A stretch of DNA of 62,460 nt, the filler included, from Squatina squatina (lineage: Eukaryota), in NCBI GenBank assembly GCA_031763465.1. It is 4 parts of 3 records of this genome, joined end to end, with 100 filler letters (N's around TTAATTAATTAA, not from the genome) between each part and the next. Parts side by side here need not be neighbours in the genome. Positions count along the whole stretch, not along the records: positions 1 to 15,534 come from JARFOE010000013.1; positions 15,635 to 30,560 come from JARFOE010000192.1; 2 more parts are not named here. The stretch is one strand, 5' to 3'. Position numbers and translations under genes: made by a program. Shown one piece after another: positions 13,539-25,452 of the stretch. The notes beneath the pieces were generated by a model. That model was not told the origin of the DNA. It searched no databases and saw nothing but the letters and a program-made list of their open reading frames with translations. Positions within the stretch are counted from its first letter, which is position 1. Each line of letters opens with the position of its first letter.

Positions 13539-13653
13539 CTGGAGTTTCCTCAATCCTTCTCTGTAGCTCAGTCTCCACCTGATCCAGAACATTTTCCAAC
13601 TCACGGAATATTTTTTTCAGGTAGTTCACATTATCATGGTCCCGTATCTTGGA
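13539..13653 (-). CDS. GDAP1: GDAP1 penultimate coding exon (115 nt)
   Basis: AG/GT flanked (tttctatcttcAG ... G|GTctgt). Encodes SKIRDHDNVNYLKKIFRELENVLDQVETELQRRIEETP. Phase 0 to phase 1 fits both neighbouring exons. Confidence 0.95.
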
Positions 13654-14884
13654 CTGAAGATAGAAAAATTAATTAAAATGGGGAATTTGATTTATATACA
13701 GGAGAAAACTATGTTGAATAATATTCTCCTTTTTAGATATTTACAGATTAAGAGTGGTGAATGAGGCAAAGAGATTAAATTAATTAAAACCAGTGGATCT
13801 CTCTGGTATTGCTAATAGTGAGCCAGGGAATAATGTGGTGTTTTCAGCGAATGGGATATCTGTGCCACATCAGCATGCTTCCTGCACTCTGGACATTCCC
13901 TGCACCCTAGAGACAAATCTTGGCCCGTGGTGTAACCAATTGCAAAAGTTATAATTTCTAGATAGATCTTNNNNNNNNNNNNNNNNNNNNNNNNNNNNNN
14001 NNNNNNNNNNNNNNNNNNNNNNNNNNNNNNNNNNNNNNNNNNNNNNNNNNNNNNNNNNNNNNNNNNNNNNCCTTTGCATTGCTGTCTGGCAGAATCTGAT
14101 GGCCTAAGTTTCGTTTAATGCATTTTGCTTAGTGTTTCCTATTGGGTAGGTCTACATCTTCAGAGGCACCTAGACATTAGAAAATATAGTAAAGTAGAAG
14201 GTGGGGATTATCTGAATGAGACTTTTAATATGTGTATCTTCCACTTACAGCTTCTCTGGAAAAAGTCAGGGGGAGGTTTTGTCACGTCCTCACAGATTGG
14301 GCCAGGAGGCCGTTACAAAGGTGAATTGTGATAAAATTGAACTTTACATTTTTGGGGGGGGATTTTCAAGTGGATAGTGTTCCTCGTGAGAATACAGCAT
14401 TAATATGAAAACAGATTTTAGTTCATACACACTTGTATGATTCAATACATACTTGTTCAAGAATAAGAAGGGATCCATATTCTAGATTGCAGCCCTGGGG
14501 ATGAAACTTCAGCATTTGGCACACAAATAGATGATTGCTGGAAATGCTACAAACTAGATTTTGAAAGGCTGACAAGCTAAACAGTAGTAACACGCCAAAA
14601 AAAAGGATAATTTGTGGTCTCATTTTGGAAAGCAATGGTCATGTAAAGCAAAGTGCCCGGAATTGGGTGATTAACAAATAGTTTTACTCAGGATTCGGTA
14701 ATGGTTTTCCTCGATACTTTTGCAAGTTTCTATTTTCTGAAGTGCAAATCAGTTTGGTTTTATGTTACTGTTTTTTTGTTAGGCTTACAATTTAAAAATT
14801 CATTTTAATGAGGTAATGCCCATAATGCAAACACTATAAATGAATCAAGAAAAAACATTTAAGTTAACTATAAAAAGTACTTAC

Positions 14885-14979
14885 CTTGATTTGTTTCTGC
14901 TTTGTTAAATATGCTTCACGCAATTCTGGGTGCTCTTGAGCAAGCTTCTTTAATTCAGATTCAGTGTTTCCAATTTGGC
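14885..14979 (-). CDS. GDAP1: GDAP1 internal coding exon (95 nt); upstream exons are not in this scaffold
   Basis: tttactttcAG|...AAG|GTaagt. Encodes QIGNTESELKKLAQEHPELREAYLTKQKQIK, matching recalled GDAP1 SQIGNTESELKKLAEENPDLQEAY. Confidence 0.95.
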
Positions 14980-15534
14980 CTGAAAGTAAATGAAAGTGCA
15001 CATTAGATTTGAAGAGTTGGGTGGGGGTAAGGGACATGGGATTCAAATTCAATAGTTGGGATTTGGAATTTCAAAATCATAGCATTAATTTTTAATAATG
15101 CAGCATTTACATCTCAGCACATTGAATCAAAAATATCTTAAACTAGCCTTACCACAACAATAAAACAGGACAAGTTCAAAACCATCCAAATAAATATCCT
15201 AGCCGTACAGTGGAAACTTCAACAAGGTGGTTTACTTACACTTCCAAAAATAATTTGATAAAGTTTGACATAATAGACTAATATTCACACTTAAAGTAGT
15301 GGGCATAGACAACAACTTGCATTTAGACAGTATCTTTCAGATAGTAAAATGTGCCAAGGCACTCAGTAGGAGCGTTATCAAAATAAAATCAACACCAAGC
15401 TACATCAATATATTAGGACAGTTGAGGTAAGGAAGAAAGAGAGACAGAGCAGTTTAGGGATGGAATTCCAGAACTTATAGCTTTGGCAGTTGAAGGCATG
15501 GCCACCAATGGTGGGGTCGTGGGACGGGGGATAT

Positions 15535-15634
15535 NNNNNNNNNNNNNNNNNNNNNNNNNNNNNNNNNNNNNNNNNNNNTTAATTAATTAANNNNNNNNNN
15601 NNNNNNNNNNNNNNNNNNNNNNNNNNNNNNNNNN
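15535..15634. other. Artificial scaffold-joining spacer (44N-TTAATTAATTAA-44N)
   Basis: Exact 100-nt structure, repeated three times. The palindromic 12-mer gives stops in all six frames. Confidence 0.95.
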
Positions 15635-16624
15635 GTTTTGATGGAGAAATATTTAGAAACATATGGACGATTGTTCTGCATTTCTACACAGTGTTGGGCA
15701 TTGTGCTGAAAAAATATATACAACAGAAAACCATTTACAGAATATAAGAAAATGCTGTTCATTTGGGCACACCACACAGATAACAGCAATAGGCTTTCAC
15801 TCCCTAACTGTACTCAGTTCAAAGGTTGTTATATAAACATGGATATTAATTGTACGCAGATTACAAACGCACAGTCGCTTTTGCCAGCAACATTCCTTTT
15901 CATATAAATTCTTGTATGAAACGCACAGTCACAAATTCTTCACAACTTGGTGGTTAGTACTTTGAAGTCTAAATTCAAATTAAAGGCATCATACACACTA
16001 GTGGCGGAATTGGCTGTAAAAATCAAGTCAACAAGCAGAATAACAGCAAATCAGAATTTTACTATTTTAAATTTTTACATTTCATTCTCATCCGGTTAGA
16101 AAAGATGTGCATTTGTAAAAATGTTAAATATCACTGCAATATAATTAATAAAGCACTCTGGCAATGCAGATATTACAATAAATAACTACTTCAGAATGTT
16201 TATTTGTGCTTAACAGCAGTACCAATGAACCAATGTTTCTATTTATTCTCCCCCACCCTCTTCTTTTGAAGCTCATTTTCTTTGTATACCTTTATCTCTG
16301 CCACTTTGAAATGCCACCAAAGATTAGAAGACCTGAGGTGCAACATTGTTCTTAGCTCGATCCTTGTGCCCTCTCTGTGGGATGGTAGAGGGCTATATAG
16401 GTGGGCAATATTTTGTTCCCTCTTGTCAGATTGCAGCCCCACAAACCTCTCCCTTTCTCCTCTGTCCCACATCTAGCTCAGAACCTCATCACATCAATGG
16501 CTTACTACAGTTTACAGAAAATTNNNNNNNNNNNNNNNNNNNNNNNNNNNNNNNNNNNNNNNNNNNNNNNNNNNNNNNNNNNNNNNNNNNNNNNNNNNNN
16601 NNNNNNNNNNNNNNNNNNNNNNNT

Positions 16625-16853
16625 TCATTGAAAGATACACCTACCTGATTGGCTGGGGCCTCCCATGTGACCTCTCCAGCCTCTGCAGTTTGACTTGCCC
16701 AGGAACGAAGGCAGCCCCTCTCCGAATCTCCAACTCGATGGGGCTGAAGATCGCAAATTCCCATGGATCCAGGACCCTTAGGTAAGTACGTAATTTTTTT
16801 TGCGATTGGAGGCAACCACACGCAGGAAGCTTCCAATCGCAATTTCAGGCCCA
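16625..16853 (-). mobile_element. Partial copy of MITE family A, with terminus ATCGCAATTTCAGGCCC
   Basis: Direct similarity to 12255-12520. The terminus is the reverse complement of GGGCCTGAAATTGCGAT, also seen near 36213. Confidence 0.7.
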
Positions 16854-18924
16854 ATCGAAATCAGAATTATCAGTTGTGAAAGTCTCCTTCGAGACCAGAC
16901 ATGCTCTGGCTGAGACTGTACATGTCAGTCATATCTAAGCATTGGTTGCGTGCAGTGTGATATTTTGATTTAGGCCCACAGGATCCAAATTAGCTATTTC
17001 ATGGTACAGGTTAGTATTGATTTTACAACAAAAAAAATTCCAGTTCCGCATGTTTTTTAACATCACGATACATCAATGCAGCTTCAAATACACTGAGACA
17101 TTGAACCTGCCATTTTCTACTGAAATCCACATTGCAACAGTAATTGCACAATGCAATTCATTGAATGTGAACCACTTTGGAACATTCTGAAATGCAAGTT
17201 AGTTCTTTCTTTCTTTCTCTCTCTCTCTCCTCTGGTCCTACTTTCCACTCTAATTTTCACTCTTCCTTGGCAGAAGTGCCATCCCATCCCTGACAGAAAC
17301 ATGGCTGAGATTCTTAAAGCAGCAGAATGTGGCCTTGAGAACTCCTCTCTCCAATTAGTGGGCACAATACATTACAACTTCAATACGTTATGCCAGTGTG
17401 AAACTCGAATGAATCAGAAGCAGTTTTGGTTTGGGGTAACCTCAGAGGTTAATTTCTTCTTGTCCTTTTTTTTGTGCAGCCAATATTTGGATGTGAAAAA
17501 CAAAGTGTCATTTTGTGATGTTGCCATGGAGTTTCTTCTCTCATTTGTTTTTCCAGCTCCACCCAGTGAGTTGTGGTACATATTGCAGACGGTGCTTTGG
17601 GAATGAGTGGGTGCTTTCAGCTGAAACTGCACCAGCTGCAACAGTCTTTCAACAAATTTGTTGTTACAAGTAAGTGGTGCAGTGGTATGGGACTGGAATA
17701 CCTGCCAATCAGTCCAATAACCCCCTCCCCCTCCCCCTGCCACCACCATGAGGCTGACCTGTCTAGTGGCTGCCAGGTGAGAGGTTTTACCCATTGTTAA
17801 ACAAACAGCTCAGGGGGCTCCCCTTTTTTCTCAAGCTTAACAGGATAGGGATGCTCCCNNNNNNNNNNNNNNNNNNNNNNNNNNNNNNNNNNNNNNNNNN
17901 NNNNNNNNNNNNNNNNNNNNNNNNNNNNNNNNNNNNNNNNNNNNNNNNNNNNNNNNNNCAATCAATTTCATTGGAAAACCTGCAGTCATCCATTAATTTA
18001 CGCTAAGTAGCATTTTTTCCCTTTCATATTGTCATCAGCAAAACTGTGACTCATGGGTCAGGCTCAACTATTACTCTCGAATCTTATCACTTTCACTTGG
18101 CATTAGCCGCAGGCCCTACCTCTCCCCAGAGACGTCCAAACAATTGACCCATTTATGAATCTGACGGGTGTTCAGACTTTGAATTTTGATACGCTAATGG
18201 TTGCTGGCAGACTTTTCTTGTGACCAGCCGAGTTGCTAATTGGTAACAGGGACACTTTGACAGAAACCTCAGTTTAAACATGAATTCATCACAGTGAAGT
18301 GCAGCCAGGCTGATACACACCATGACTGACTTTGCTCGTTCGATACTGGGAGACCGGCATCTGGGACTGAGCTCCTGGTGTTTACATTGCCAAATCCAGA
18401 TCTCGTACCCTGATAGACTCATGGACCCACTTTTTCGTGGTTTCATTTTGATGAGCCAAGGTTGGGTTGTGTGAGCTGAGAGATGGCGCAACTCACATTA
18501 GACACATTCAGGCATTTTGATAAGGCCTGCAATGGTAAGCATTGATGGAATGCTTGATCTTAACTACATTATTATAGTATTTATTGCACATAGATATAGT
18601 CAGTGACTATAGAATCTACTTGCTAAGGGCAAGCCCTTAGCTTACATTTTTTGCTATATTATGGAATCATAAGCTACACACTTTAAACCAGTTTAGACCT
18701 AACTGGTTGCTAAAGAGAAAGTATAACATTTTGCGACTTCTGGAATGTTGAGGCTGAATTTGCACTGACATAAAGAGAGACCTTGTGCCAGATTGTGTTT
18801 ATATTCAATGGCTTTGGGTTTTGCCCTGGGCCTCCACTGCAGGAGGCCTACATCATTCCATACCACAACAGCCTGCAATTTTATGCATTTAGGGCTGTGA
18901 TCTTGTTGCCCTTCAATTTCCAAC

Positions 18925-19275
18925 ACACCTCAATGTGCAGTGCACAGCACAATCCTGCAGGTGATCGGCGACAAGCCACCTCTGGTCTGATACTGTGCAT
19001 TCCTCTTTTGTACTGATATTAGAGGCCTTAATTTTAGTCTATTTTCACAGGCTTTGCTTACACAATTGTGGTAACATTGTTTGTTCCTTTTAGATCTTGA
19101 TTTTTTTCCTTTTTTTCTGCCGCAATTTTGATTTTTCACCATTCCTGATTGTTTGTCTGAGCTGTACAACAGCAATTTTTGCATAGCGTGGCCATTTCAT
19201 TAGAAGTTCCCCTTGCCCTTGAGATGGAAGATGAAGAGGAGTATTTGGGCCAGGAGCAGAGGCAAGTACGTCTGC
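18925..19275 (+). mobile_element. Possible highly decayed Harbinger transposase relic
   Basis: Fragments LNVQ..ILQV and LHSVAI..EMEDEEE occur in the expected order. Weak evidence. Confidence 0.3.
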
Positions 19276-19849
19276 ATCAGATTAGCGATCAGTGGACCCA
19301 TGCCTACCCAAGAAGCTGTAAGTAGAGTTTCCTGTAAGTAGAGTTTCCTCTATGTGTCGTAGGAGTTGTGTCTTCCTCACTTCCATGCCAACAGGGAATC
19401 AGTTGTAGAACTTTGCCANNNNNNNNNNNNNNNNNNNNNNNNNNNNNNNNNNNNNNNNNNNNNNNNNNNNNNNNNNNNNNNNNNNNNNNNNNNNNNNNNN
19501 NNNNNNNNNNNNNNNNNNGACTTAATACTGTAAGTTGCAATCTGAATTGTTTAATCTTGGCTGGATGAGAAGTTTCTGAGCAGAATTGACCCAGTGACAA
19601 TTTTGGTTCATGGACCAATGTCACCACTAGAGGGCTTAATTCCTTCTGTGTGTTATTTTAACACATTGATTAATGTGTATTAAGTTCCTTTCACTGCTAC
19701 TTGAATACAGCTGCTAACCTACTTACATAAACACAGAGGGAATTAAACCCCGGAAAACACAGCATAAAAAAAAATCCTCAAGAAAAATCCTTTTTATTTT
19801 TAAGAAAGGCAATGTTTGCTGGAGCATGCATGAGTTCTCAAGATGTTAA

Positions 19850-20042
19850 CCATGGCTCAGTGGTAGTACTCCTTCCTCTGAGTCAGAAGGCTGTTGGTTC
19901 CAGACTCACTCCAGAGATTTAAGTGCATTATTTAGATTGACACTTTAGTGCAGTGCTGAGGGACTACTGCTCTGTCAGAGGTTCTGTCTTTTGGATGCGA
20001 TATTAAACCAAGACCCAGTCTGCCCTCTCGGATTGATATAAA
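19850..20042 (+). mobile_element. Deu-domain SINE 5' half (tRNA-like head plus Deu core), truncated
   Basis: A-box-like tggctcagtggtag, B-box-like gttggttccagactc, then gtcttttggatgcgatattaaaccaagac (Deu core). Similar to 21640-21913. Confidence 0.75.
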
Positions 20043-20701
20043 AGGGGAGAAATTGGGCTACTTTGCACCTCCCAGGGAGTGCTAACGGGGCGCAAATGAG
20101 TTTGCGACTGGACGCAGCGAGAACAGCGACTCCCACTAAGGTCGGCAGGAGTTTTGCTGCGACGGTAAGACTGCTGACATCAGCGCCCCGGAACAAAAAT
20201 TGGCCCTCGCCCCTGATTGTGTGCCTGCCGTTAACAACAACAGCTTCAGCAGTCGGGTTTGAGTCAGATGTCAGCTGGAGGAGGGCTATCTAAAGGTGCC
20301 AGCATCTGGTTTACTTTTAGTTACCAATAATGGTTCCTTGTTAGCTTCACATAACCAGACAGGCGTTTTGACTGATTTGAGTGATTTGCAGTTGAAGGTG
20401 TGTTCTGGCTCATAAAGATTCGTGACTTTCATTGAGGACAGATTTGAAAGTCCAACATTAATATCATTTCATGGGGGCTGTGATGACCTCATGCTCCAGC
20501 ATAACCGTCGGAGGCAACTGAGGCACAGAGAAAGACAGCAAAATATGGCCAGAGGTTGGAGGGCCACCAGGGCTCTCAACAGGAGGCTTAACCCTCCCAG
20601 GGTATTCCGGCAGCAGTTCTCCTACTTCAATTTCACTGTGGGACAGTGTGTTCGAAGGCTGTGCTTCAGCAAGGACCTGGTCACAGAGCTCTATCACCTC
20701 C
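20043..20701 (+). mobile_element. Harbinger element left end with transposase N-terminus
   Basis: GGGGAGAAATTGGG terminus, CpG-rich subterminal region, then RRLNPPRVFRQQFSYFNFTVGQCVRRLCFSKDLVTELYHL, a HARBI1-like N-terminal helix region. Confidence 0.7.
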
Positions 20702-21639
20702 NNNNNNNNNNNNNNNNNNNNNNNNNNNNNNNNNNNNNNNNNNNNNNNNNNNNNNNNNNNNNNNNNNNNNNNNNNNNNNNNNNNNNNNNNNNNNNNNNNN
20801 NGATTCAATAGTAGCTTTCAACTAATTGGATAGCTCTTTCACAGTCATGATCAGCCAATGCCTATTCTGCTGCTAAAGTGGAGTTATTAAGCTTCCCTAG
20901 CTCTCAAAGTCTATTTGCTGTAACTAAACAGAATCTGAGGTCAATCAGTTTAGTTGCTGCTTGGTAGAGGAAATTTGCAGATTCAAATATGATTCTAAAT
21001 GTTTGGTTCCACATCAGAGAAAAACAGCACAAAAAATGTTTTCTTTCTTTTTTTCATATTTTTGTCACTTTGAAATATGACAGACGTTTGGAAAACAGTT
21101 ATGTGGATGGATACATAGATAAATAGAAACATACATATTCTGTGGGAGTTTGGCAATAGATGCGTTAAATTAGTAATTACTTGTAATGTATTTTAATGTG
21201 TAGAAAAAACATTCATTCAATTTCCACAGGATAAAAACCTCTAATTATGCAGAAAAATGTTAGATAAGGCAAGCTAATTGGCTTGCCTTTGAAGTTAGAT
21301 GAATTATTGAAGAGATTGTGCACTTTGTAAAAAAATATTTTACTACTTTGTCTATAGCCAAACTTGAGAAAAAAATATTGGGGGGAAAATATGCAGTATA
21401 AAAAGGGCCACCCATAACTATTTCTTTACACAGTACAAAGAAAACCCTCCCAAAAACCTCTCTAAAATGAAAAATATTGCACATTGCTTTAAAGTACCCT
21501 TTATGCTATTATGAAAAATGATGGCTACACCCAAAGGCAAGATTGGATAAAAAGTTAGGCACATAGGCTTAGTTTGATGGACATGTTTTGACACAAGGCA
21601 AAGCAAAGTGTGGTAATCTTACTTCAAAAGTGTCAGAAT

Positions 21640-21913
21640 TGACTCAATGGTAGTACTTTTGCCTCTGAATCAAAAGATTTGTGGGTTCAAGCCCCAATCC
21701 AGAGACTTACATCCATAAATCTAGACTGACACTCCACTGCAGTAGTGAGGGAGCACTGCATTGTCTGAGATGCCACTTTTCAGATGAGACATTAAACCGA
21801 GGCCTCATCCACTCTGTCAGGCGGACATTACAGATCGCACGGCACAATTTCAAAGAAAAGCAGGGGAGTTCTCCCCGGTGGCCGAGCCAACATTTATCCC
21901 TCAATCAACATGA
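21640..21913 (+). mobile_element. Deu-domain SINE (SacSINE1-like)
   Basis: tRNA-like head (gactcaatggtag...gtgggttcaagcccc) plus Deu core ttttcagatgagacattaaaccgagg...aagcaggggagttctccccggtg. Confidence 0.8.
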
Positions 21914-22614
21914 NNNNNNNNNNNNNNNNNNNNNNNNNNNNNNNNNNNNNNNNNNNNNNNNNNNNNNNNNNNNNNNNNNNNNNNNNNNNNNNNNNNNNNN
22001 NNNNNNNNNNNNNTGTGCCATGAAAATGACCGTTAAAAATGTTGTGACCAGTACCTCTATTCGAGCACACTGCCTCTATAAATGAACTCAGGATGGGAGC
22101 ATTCCTCGCGCACGTACACACACCTAAAGGTATGGTACAGCTTTATTCTTACAAAAAAACATCCATTTAGCTTTTTTTTTTGAAACAGACTACAGGAAAG
22201 GTCATTCAGTACAACACAAATGAAAGCCAAGGTCTATACTCAGAAAAGCAGTTGCTGTCAAATTGTAATTATTAAGACCTCTCATGAATGACAGCCAATT
22301 TGGGACACAACCTTATACTGAAAAACATTTTTTAATGTTCAGGCCCTAATGGTTTCTTCTAGTTGGGCAATACTGAAAATGAGTAAATATGGCTATCCAG
22401 AATATCACATCCGGAACGAGAATTTGGAGTTTCACTGTAGAGAAGGAAACTTCTTGGCACAGAGTGACCAAATTCATTAAATGTTTAACACAATTCAAAA
22501 ATTAAACATTTGATTTTCTATAATTGTCATTTCCCCCTTCAGAATCCCAAGCAAGAATTCAGCGTTACCTATCCAATGCGATAAAAGCTCATGATTGCTT
22601 TCAAAATTATTGTG

Positions 22615-22960
22615 AATCAGTGCAGTACTGAGAGAGAGAGATGCACTGTTGGTGGCACCATCTTTCAGATAAGGTGTTAAATTGAGGCCTCATCTGTCCT
22701 CTCAGGTGGATGGAAAAGATCCCACTTTTCAAAGAAGAGCAGGGGAGTTCTTCTGGTGCCCTGGCCAAAATTTGTCCCTCAACAAACATCATAAAAACAG
22801 ATTATGTGCTTATTTATTCCATCCTTGTGCACAGATTATCTACTGTATCCCTATATTACAACCATGACTACACTTCAAAAGTGTTTCATTGGCTGTGAAG
22901 AGCTTTGGGATGTCCTGAAGTCATTGAAGGCACTTTATTGATGCAAGTTCTTCCTTTCTT
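22615..22960 (+). mobile_element. Deu-domain SINE, 5'-truncated, with full 3' tail
   Basis: ctttcagataaggtgttaaattgagg...aaaagatccc...gaagagcaggggagttc...cttcaaaagtgtttcattggctgtgaagagctttgggatgtcctga. Confidence 0.8.
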
Positions 22961-23151
22961 AAACAAAAATTAACAGGCACTGTTGATACTATATTATTAC
23001 CATTGACACTCCAGGAGCACTCTGGGTTTTTGTAGGGTTTAGAGTATTTCTTGGCCAACCAGAATGATTGTGTTATCACATCAACCCAGTAACAAGGCAT
23101 TTTCTTCTTTTTGTTTTACCATCCACACACTGGCTTACTTGACTATGAGCT

Positions 23152-24417
23152 CTAATCAGCATACCGTTGCCCAATGTCTTCCCTCCTTAGATTGATGTCC
23201 ATGAGCCGGTCTGACTGGAAGTCCATCAGATCAGCATCATTGAGTTGATACATAACCGACCGCGATCTGTTGGACTGGAAACCTCCGCAGTCTCCTGCTG
23301 AGACCCCAGAGCCCATGGAGCGCAGTGGACGCCGTGTGGAGTACATCCGCCGCACGTTGACAGGGGCTCTTTTCCTTCGCAGCTTTCTCAGTAATTTGAA
23401 CATCCAGATTGTNNNNNNNNNNNNNNNNNNNNNNNNNNNNNNNNNNNNNNNNNNNNNNNNNNNNNNCTGCACATCCAGAGCGCCTTTCTTTAGAGGCAAG
23501 GTGAGGACCCCCAAGCAGTGATCGCGGGAAGCTACTTGGCACACACGGTCAGAGATGACACTTTCCAGGCACACAATGTAAGGAGTCTCCTCCCGCAGCT
23601 CTCTCAAAGTGACCCAATCCAATCTATCCTTGACATATATGAAGCGATGAAATGTCACTGATTGGCCGAACCTGTCAAAGAGCACACGGAAATGCACAGC
23701 ATTCCTGAAGCCAGGGTGTGCTACCTTCCATCTGATAGTGGCAGTGGATGAGGTGACCTCATCCACTGTTAGGTTGGTAATGTAGAGCTTATTAAACTCA
23801 CATGGATCTGTTATCAGGGGTTTCTGCACCACTTTGTCCTTAGATTTTAGGAGATAATACCGCTCTGATTTGGATGAGACCGGAAAAGTAGTGTAAGGAG
23901 TAAAAACTTCCAAGGTCTCCCGTGCCATGGTCTGAGATTCCAGAGCTTCTCCTAGATTCAGACTGACTGTAACTGATTTGGTTGGTGAAGGTTGTAGAAC
24001 GATATGCTTATTTTTTGGCATGAGATTGGAGATCATTGTAGGTAAAGAAGATGGCTTCTGTCGGTGGTCGATTTCTTGTTGGTGTATGTTTCTTTCAGTC
24101 TGCATTGTGTCTGGCTCCAGGGAGCGCTCTTGATCTGACTGAACATCGACTTGATCCGCAGGCAGTGTTCCGTCATCTGTAGCACCTTTAGAAAAGTTTG
24201 ACAAAGACTGTGCTTTATGAGAATAACACAGGTCAGCTCTACCTGCAGCTTGCATCTCTGAATCCATCAAATAATCCAGATACCTCCCAATCAAAACAGC
24301 AGGGTGATTACACTGGACAAAGACAGTGAGCAGCCTGCCCTGCGCATGTGCCAAGCTCATCCATTGCTTTAAGCCTTTGAGCCTGCAGTTACACGTCCAG
24401 TTATTATCGCTTAAATC
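23152..24417 (-). CDS. TRIL: TRIL C-terminal part: LRRCT, linker, FN3, TM (masked by 54 Ns) and cytoplasmic tail
   Basis: DLSDNNWTCNCRLKGLKQWMSLAHAQGRLLTVFVQCNHP (LRRCT), FN3 (FRVLFDRFGQ..FHRFIY..VTLRELREETPYIVCLE), tail RRMYSTRRPLRSMGSGVS...QRYAD*. Same reading frame as the N-terminal part. Confidence 0.93.
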   Translation of the reverse strand, partial: DLSDNNWTCNCRLKGLKQWMSLAHAQGRLLTVFVQCNHPAVLIGRYLDYLMDSEMQAAGRADLCYSHKAQSLSNFSKGATDDGTLPADQVDVQSDQERSLEPDTMQTERNIHQQEIDHRQKPSSLPTMISNLMPKNKHIVLQPSPTKSVTVSLNLGEALESQTMARETLEVFTPYTTFPVSSKSERYYLLKSKDKVVQKPLITDPCEFNKLYITNLTVDEVTSSTATIRWKVAHPGFRNAVHFRVLFDRFGQSVTFHRFIYVKDRLDWVTLRELREETPYIVCLESVISDRVCQVASRDHCLGVLTLPLKKGALDVQXXXXXXXXXXXXXXXXXXTIWMFKLLRKLRRKRAPVNVRRMYSTRRPLRSMGSGVSAGDCGGFQSNRSRSVMYQLNDADLMDFQSDRLMDINLRREDIGQRYAD

Positions 24418-24661
24418 GNNNNNNNNNNNNNNNNNNNNNNNNNNNNNNNNNNNNNNNNNNNNNNNNNNNNNNNNNNNNNNNNNNNNNNNNNNNNNNNNNN
24501 NNNNNNNNNNNNNNNNNNNNNNNNNNNNNNNNNNNNNNNNNNNNNNNNNNNNNNNNNNNNNNNNNNNNNNNNNNNNNNNNNNNNNNNNNNNNNNNNNNNN
24601 NNNNNNNNNNNNNNNNNNNNNNNNNNNNNNNNNNNNNNNNNNNNNNNNNNNNNNNNNNNNN

Positions 24662-24725
24662 TGTCATTGGTACCAATATGGACCATGACCTCTGTCTGTT
24701 CACCCTCCCCCCTCAGAATATCCTC
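24662..24725 (-). mobile_element. CR1 LINE ORF1 (SGNH esterase-like) fragment inside the TRIL interval
   Basis: EVMVHIGTND, the esterase block typical of CR1 ORF1. Confidence 0.7.
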
Positions 24726-25089
24726 TATGATGGAGGTAAACTTGTTTTAAACTCTCAGGTTACCAGAATGAGTTTGTGAGAAAAGCTTAGTTTTCATCCT
24801 ATGCCAAATGGAGAAAGCTGTGTTATATGTTCAATGTGGCTTTAAATAGTGAGGCTAAATATAATTTTAAAAATTGGCTTCAGCTAGTTATAGCTGAAAA
24901 AACATCCTATGTCTCTGTGCCAGTTGAATGGTCAATAAACAACTGTCCAGATATATCCAGAGTTTCAATGGGAGGTGGGAAACTTGTTAGAGCCACTGTC
25001 TAATGCCAATACATGTAAGTGTGCAGACAGAGAAGAGTAGATAAAACCCAGTATTGCTGCAGCTGTTTTAAGGGATTTCCTGTTTTGCA

Positions 25090-25452
25090 CTGTTTAAAAG
25101 CATTGGCAGGTATGCTCGAGATTATGTTATTACCCAAGTACAGCTCCTCCAGTCTCAAAAGTTTCTCAAAAGTTTTTGGATGAATATGTTCAATCTTATT
25201 GTACTGTAAGTCCAATCGAAGAAGCCTGGTAAAATGAGTAAAGTCGAAGTCCGAGATATTGCTGATAAAGTTGCCCCCTAGGCTGTAAGTAAGGACATCC
25301 GCAGCATTTTGCCGGGCTTCCGGAACAGTCCGGAGACCTCGGTTTGTACAGAGGAGATCCTGATGCTGGCAGTCACATTGCTCAGGACAGAAAGATCTAG
25401 CAGTACTGATCAAACAAAGAAACATCAGCCAGACCATCCGTAAACTTTCCAT
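25090..25452 (-). CDS. TRIL: TRIL (TLR4 interactor with leucine-rich repeats), N-terminal part: signal peptide, LRRNT and first LRRs
   Basis: ATG at 25452. MESLRMVWLMFLCLISTARSFCPEQCDCQHQDLLCTNRGLRTVP...DVLTYSLGGNFISNI...LDLQYNKIEHIHPKTFEKLLRLEELYLGNN closely matches recalled TRIL. Similarity stops abruptly after NAFKQ. Confidence 0.93.

Noticed and set aside
15579-15590. TTAATTAATTAA as a biological palindrome or homeodomain site
   Set aside because: It is always centred in exactly 44+44 Ns, so it is a pipeline linker.
19850-21720. tRNA genes (A/B-box-like motifs near 19852 and 21640)
   Set aside because: No cloverleaf can be formed, and the motifs run directly into SINE body sequence.
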